Source: Gemmatimonadota bacterium (GTDB lineage: Bacteria > Gemmatimonadota > Gemmatimonadetes > Gemmatimonadales > Gemmatimonadaceae). Taken from it: 64,000 nt of DNA. The stretch's first letter is position 1; every line of letters begins with the position of its first letter. This document shows, in pieces, positions 61,358 through 64,000 of this stretch. The position numbers and the translations under genes are program-made. The notes under the pieces were generated by a model that ran no database searches, had not been told where the DNA came from, and saw nothing but the letters and a program-made list of their open reading frames with translations. The stretch is taken from positions 18,798-82,797 of the forward strand of contig JAZJZK010000041.1 in NCBI GenBank assembly GCA_040389905.1, in the 5' to 3' direction.

Positions 61358-61692
61358 CCCTTTCCGACACCGATCGCGGGCGCCTGTTGCGGCTCATTGG
61401 GCTTGGCGTGCGCGGTCGCGGTGCCGTCGTTGGAGTGGAGCGGGTGCGTGAAGGTGCGAAGAAGAACAAGGTCGCTTACGCGATCGTTGCGACAGATGCA
61501 TCGCAGAATAGTCTGGACAAGATCGTACCGCTGTTGAACGCTAGGCGCGTTAGATTCGTCGAAGTACCAAGTGCCGCCGAGCTTGGCGGAGCGGTGGGGC
61601 GAGAGACTACCGCCGTCGTCGGGATCGTGGATCGGCAGCTCGCGAAAGGCATTCGCGAGCTCGTGGAGGCGGGCTCCGTTGGAGCCCCATAG
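61354..61692 (+). CDS. L7Ae/YlxQ family RNA-binding protein
   Basis: LIGLG...VVGVE, IVATDAS, ELGGAVGR; between nusA and infB. Confidence 0.88.
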   Translation: MTLSDTDRGRLLRLIGLGVRGRGAVVGVERVREGAKKNKVAYAIVATDASQNSLDKIVPLLNARRVRFVEVPSAAELGGAVGRETTAVVGIVDRQLAKGIRELVEAGSVGAP

Positions 61693-61701
61693 GAGGGCGG
61701 T

Positions 61702-64000
61702 TTGAGCAAGCTTCGCGTTACAGATATGGCGGCGGAATTCGGCATTCCCGTCGACGAAGTACAGGGACTCCTTCGAACGATGGATGTCCCTGTCCGCAGC
61801 CATTTAAGTCCGCTGACGGACGACCAGGTCGCCCGCGTTCGCGCCCGTTGGGAGCGCGAAAAGCGCGAGCGTGCCCAGAAGCAGGCGGCACCACCCGTAC
61901 CCGCACGCCGGCGTCGTGGCGCTGCCTCGGTGGCCGCGCCCGAACCGACCCCCGTTCCAGCACCAGAGGCCGCACTCGGCGAGCCGGTCCGCCGGCGCCG
62001 GAAGGCCGCCGACGTTGCTGCCGCCGCGGAAGTCGCCGCAGCCGAACAGGCTGCCAGCGATGCCGTTGAGGCGATTCACGCCGCAGAGCGCGCAGAGCGC
62101 GAACAGCGCGAGGCGGCGGAAGCCGCCGTAGCCGCCGCTCGGCTCGAGGAAATCGCAGCAGCGCGTGCCGCCGCCGCCGCCGAGGAGCGCGCGCAGGCCG
62201 AAGCCGACCTGGCCGCGCAACGCGCGGAGGCAGAGGCTGCGCAGGCTGTCGTTGTCAGTACGCCGCCGGATACCGAGGCACCGCCCGTCGATACACCACG
62301 AGCGGATGCCGCCCCGCGTCCGGCGACGCCGCCATCCGCACCGGTCATCGAGCGTCCGCGCCCCCGTCCAATTACGCCGGGTGCCCCGCGTCCGCGCGCC
62401 GCTGCCCCTGGTTCACCGTTTCCGCCGCGGCCAGTCGCATCGGCGTCGCCGGGCGGCTTCGGAGGTCCAACACGTCGCGACGATCGCCGGCCCACGCAGG
62501 GCGGTGGTCCACCCTCCGGCAATCCGCCGGCTACACAGCCGGCGGCCGGCGGCAGCGCCGCATCGCGACGCGGCGGCAAGAAGGGCAAGCGGGGTTCAGT
62601 CGATCAGGAAGTCGTGGATGCGAACATCGCGAAGACGATGGCGTCCATGCGCGGCGCCCCCACGCGTGGCGGTCGCGTCGACCGCCGCGGCATTCGCGAG
62701 GAAGCGGAGGCAATGCGCGTTGCCGAAGTGGAGCGCGAGAAGAAGCTGGTCCGCGTCAACGAGTTCATTACCGTCAGCGAGCTCGCGCAGATCCTGAAGG
62801 TGTCGCCCACCGAAATCGTGGGCTTCGCGTTCAAGAATCTCGGCCTCATGATCACGGTGAACCAGCGACTCGATTTCGACCAGATCGAAATCGTCGCTGG
62901 AGAGTTCGGATTCCAGGCGGTTCGGGAGAACGAATATCAGGCCGAGGAAGTCGGTACGGTTGCCGCAGACGAGCCGGAGCAACTCAAGCCGCGGCCCCCG
63001 ATCGTCACGATCATGGGTCACGTCGATCACGGTAAGACGTCGCTCCTCGATTACATCCGCAAGGCAAACGTCGTCGCCGGCGAGGCCGGTGGTATTACGC
63101 AGCACATCGGCGCATATCACGTCGAACTGCCGGGCGGCAAGATGATCACCTTCCTCGACACTCCGGGTCACGAGGCGTTCACCGCCATGCGTGCGCGCGG
63201 TGCCCAGGTGACGGATGAGGTCATCCTCGTCGTCGCAGCTGACGACGCCGTCATGCCGCAGACGATCGAAGCGATCTCACACGCCAAGAACGCCGGCGTG
63301 CCGATGATCGTCGCCATCAACAAGGTGGATCTGCCGCAGGCGAACGCCATGAAGGTGAAGCAGGATCTTCTTCAGCACGGTGTCGTGCTCGAGGAATTCG
63401 GTGGTACGACACTGAGCACCGAGATCTCCGCGAAGAAGGGAACAGGTATCGACGCGTTGCTCGAGCAGATTCTCCTCCAGGCCGAGTTGCTCGACCTGAA
63501 GGCGAATCCGGACAAGCGCGCCACGGGCACGGTCGTCGAAGCACAGCTCGACGCCGGCAAGGGTCCCGTGGCGACGGTACTGGTCCAGAGCGGCACGCTT
63601 CGCGTGGGAGATGACTTCATCGTCGGCATGTTCTCCGGACGCGTTCGCGCGCTGCTCGACGAGCGCGGCAAGACGGTGAAGTCGGCCGGCCCGGCCATTC
63701 CGGTGCAGGTGCTCGGCATGGCAGGTGTCCCGATGGCTGGCGATCAGTTGCTCGTCGTGGAAGATGCGGGCGCGGCGCGTGAAGTCGCGCAGCGTCGCGA
63801 GCGTCTCGATCGCGAGGCCAAGAGCCGTCGGACGACGCGCGGTGGAGTCACGCTCGAGGACTTCATGGCGCAGTCCACCACCGGCGAAGTGCGTTCGCTG
63901 CGCATCGTCATCAAGGCCGATCAGGGCGGCCCGGCAGAAGCACTGGCCGACGCACTGCAGCAGCTCGGCACGAGCGAGGTGAAGGTCGAGGTGGTGCACC
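61702..64000 (+). CDS. infB: Translation initiation factor IF-2, runs off the window end (absent from the ORF track)
   Basis: AGGAGG RBS then TTG at 61702: [13 protein letters not shown]...; [47 protein letters not shown]. Confidence 0.97.
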   Translation, partial: MSKLRVTDMAAEFGIPVDEVQGLLRTMDVPVRSHLSPLTDDQVARVRARWEREKRERAQKQAAPPVPARRRRGAASVAAPEPTPVPAPEAALGEPVRRRRKAADVAAAAEVAAAEQAASDAVEAIHAAERAEREQREAAEAAVAAARLEEIAAARAAAAAEERAQAEADLAAQRAEAEAAQAVVVSTPPDTEAPPVDTPRADAAPRPATPPSAPVIERPRPRPITPGAPRPRAAAPGSPFPPRPVASASPGGFGGPTRRDDRRPTQGGGPPSGNPPATQPAAGGSAASRRGGKKGKRGSVDQEVVDANIAKTMASMRGAPTRGGRVDRRGIREEAEAMRVAEVEREKKLVRVNEFITVSELAQILKVSPTEIVGFAFKNLGLMITVNQRLDFDQIEIVAGEFGFQAVRENEYQAEEVGTVAADEPEQLKPRPPIVTIMGHVDHGKTSLLDYIRKANVVAGEAGGITQHIGAYHVELPGGKMITFLDTPGHEAFTAMRARGAQVTDEVILVVAADDAVMPQTIEAISHAKNAGVPMIVAINKVDLPQANAMKVKQDLLQHGVVLEEFGGTTLSTEISAKKGTGIDALLEQILLQAELLDLKANPDKRATGTVVEAQLDAGKGPVATVLVQSGTLRVGDDFIVGMFSGRVRALLDERGKTVKSAGPAIPVQVLGMAGVPMAGDQLLVVEDAGAAREVAQRRERLDREAKSRRTTRGGVTLEDFMAQSTTGEVRSLRIVIKADQGGPAEALADALQQLGTSEVKVEVVH

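Noticed and set aside
61870..62600. Ala/Glu/Pro-rich low-complexity stretch with many short ORFs
   Set aside because: Normal variable N-terminal region of IF-2

Overview
GC-rich bacterial chromosome segment; gene content and order suggest Gemmatimonadota (inference). From left to right: (1) an accessory glucan region (1-14.7 kb) with a DUF5009-type membrane protein, GH3, GH15, a BcsS-like beta-barrel, a DUF3131 lipoprotein, a GH6 cellulase, dcd, a PEP-CTERM choice-of-anchor A protein and a BcsA-like synthase with two PilZ-like domains but no bcsB/bcsC/bcsZ; (2) a complete nuoA-N operon preceded by a probable Rex operator; (3) PMM/PGM, UPF0182, sucCD, an EIIA-CBS fusion, ndk and a TonB-dependent-type receptor; (4) yceD-rpmF-plsX-fabHDG-acpP-fabF, mqnE/A/C, ispF, dedA, xerD and trpG/pabA; (5) a four-gene island (53.7-59.0 kb) with an AT-richer leader, encoding a secreted 8-Cys peptide, a Spy/CpxP-like small protein, a membrane-anchored DsbA-family oxidoreductase and a large outer-membrane barrel-like protein; (6) rimP-nusA-L7Ae-infB, truncated at the right edge. 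Three families of REP-like intergenic palindromes and a 21-bp phased repeat are also present. The strongest candidates for an undescribed system are the disulfide-rich peptide/DsbA/barrel island and the non-canonical beta-glucan synthesis locus. Product calls come from motif recognition only; no database searches were run.
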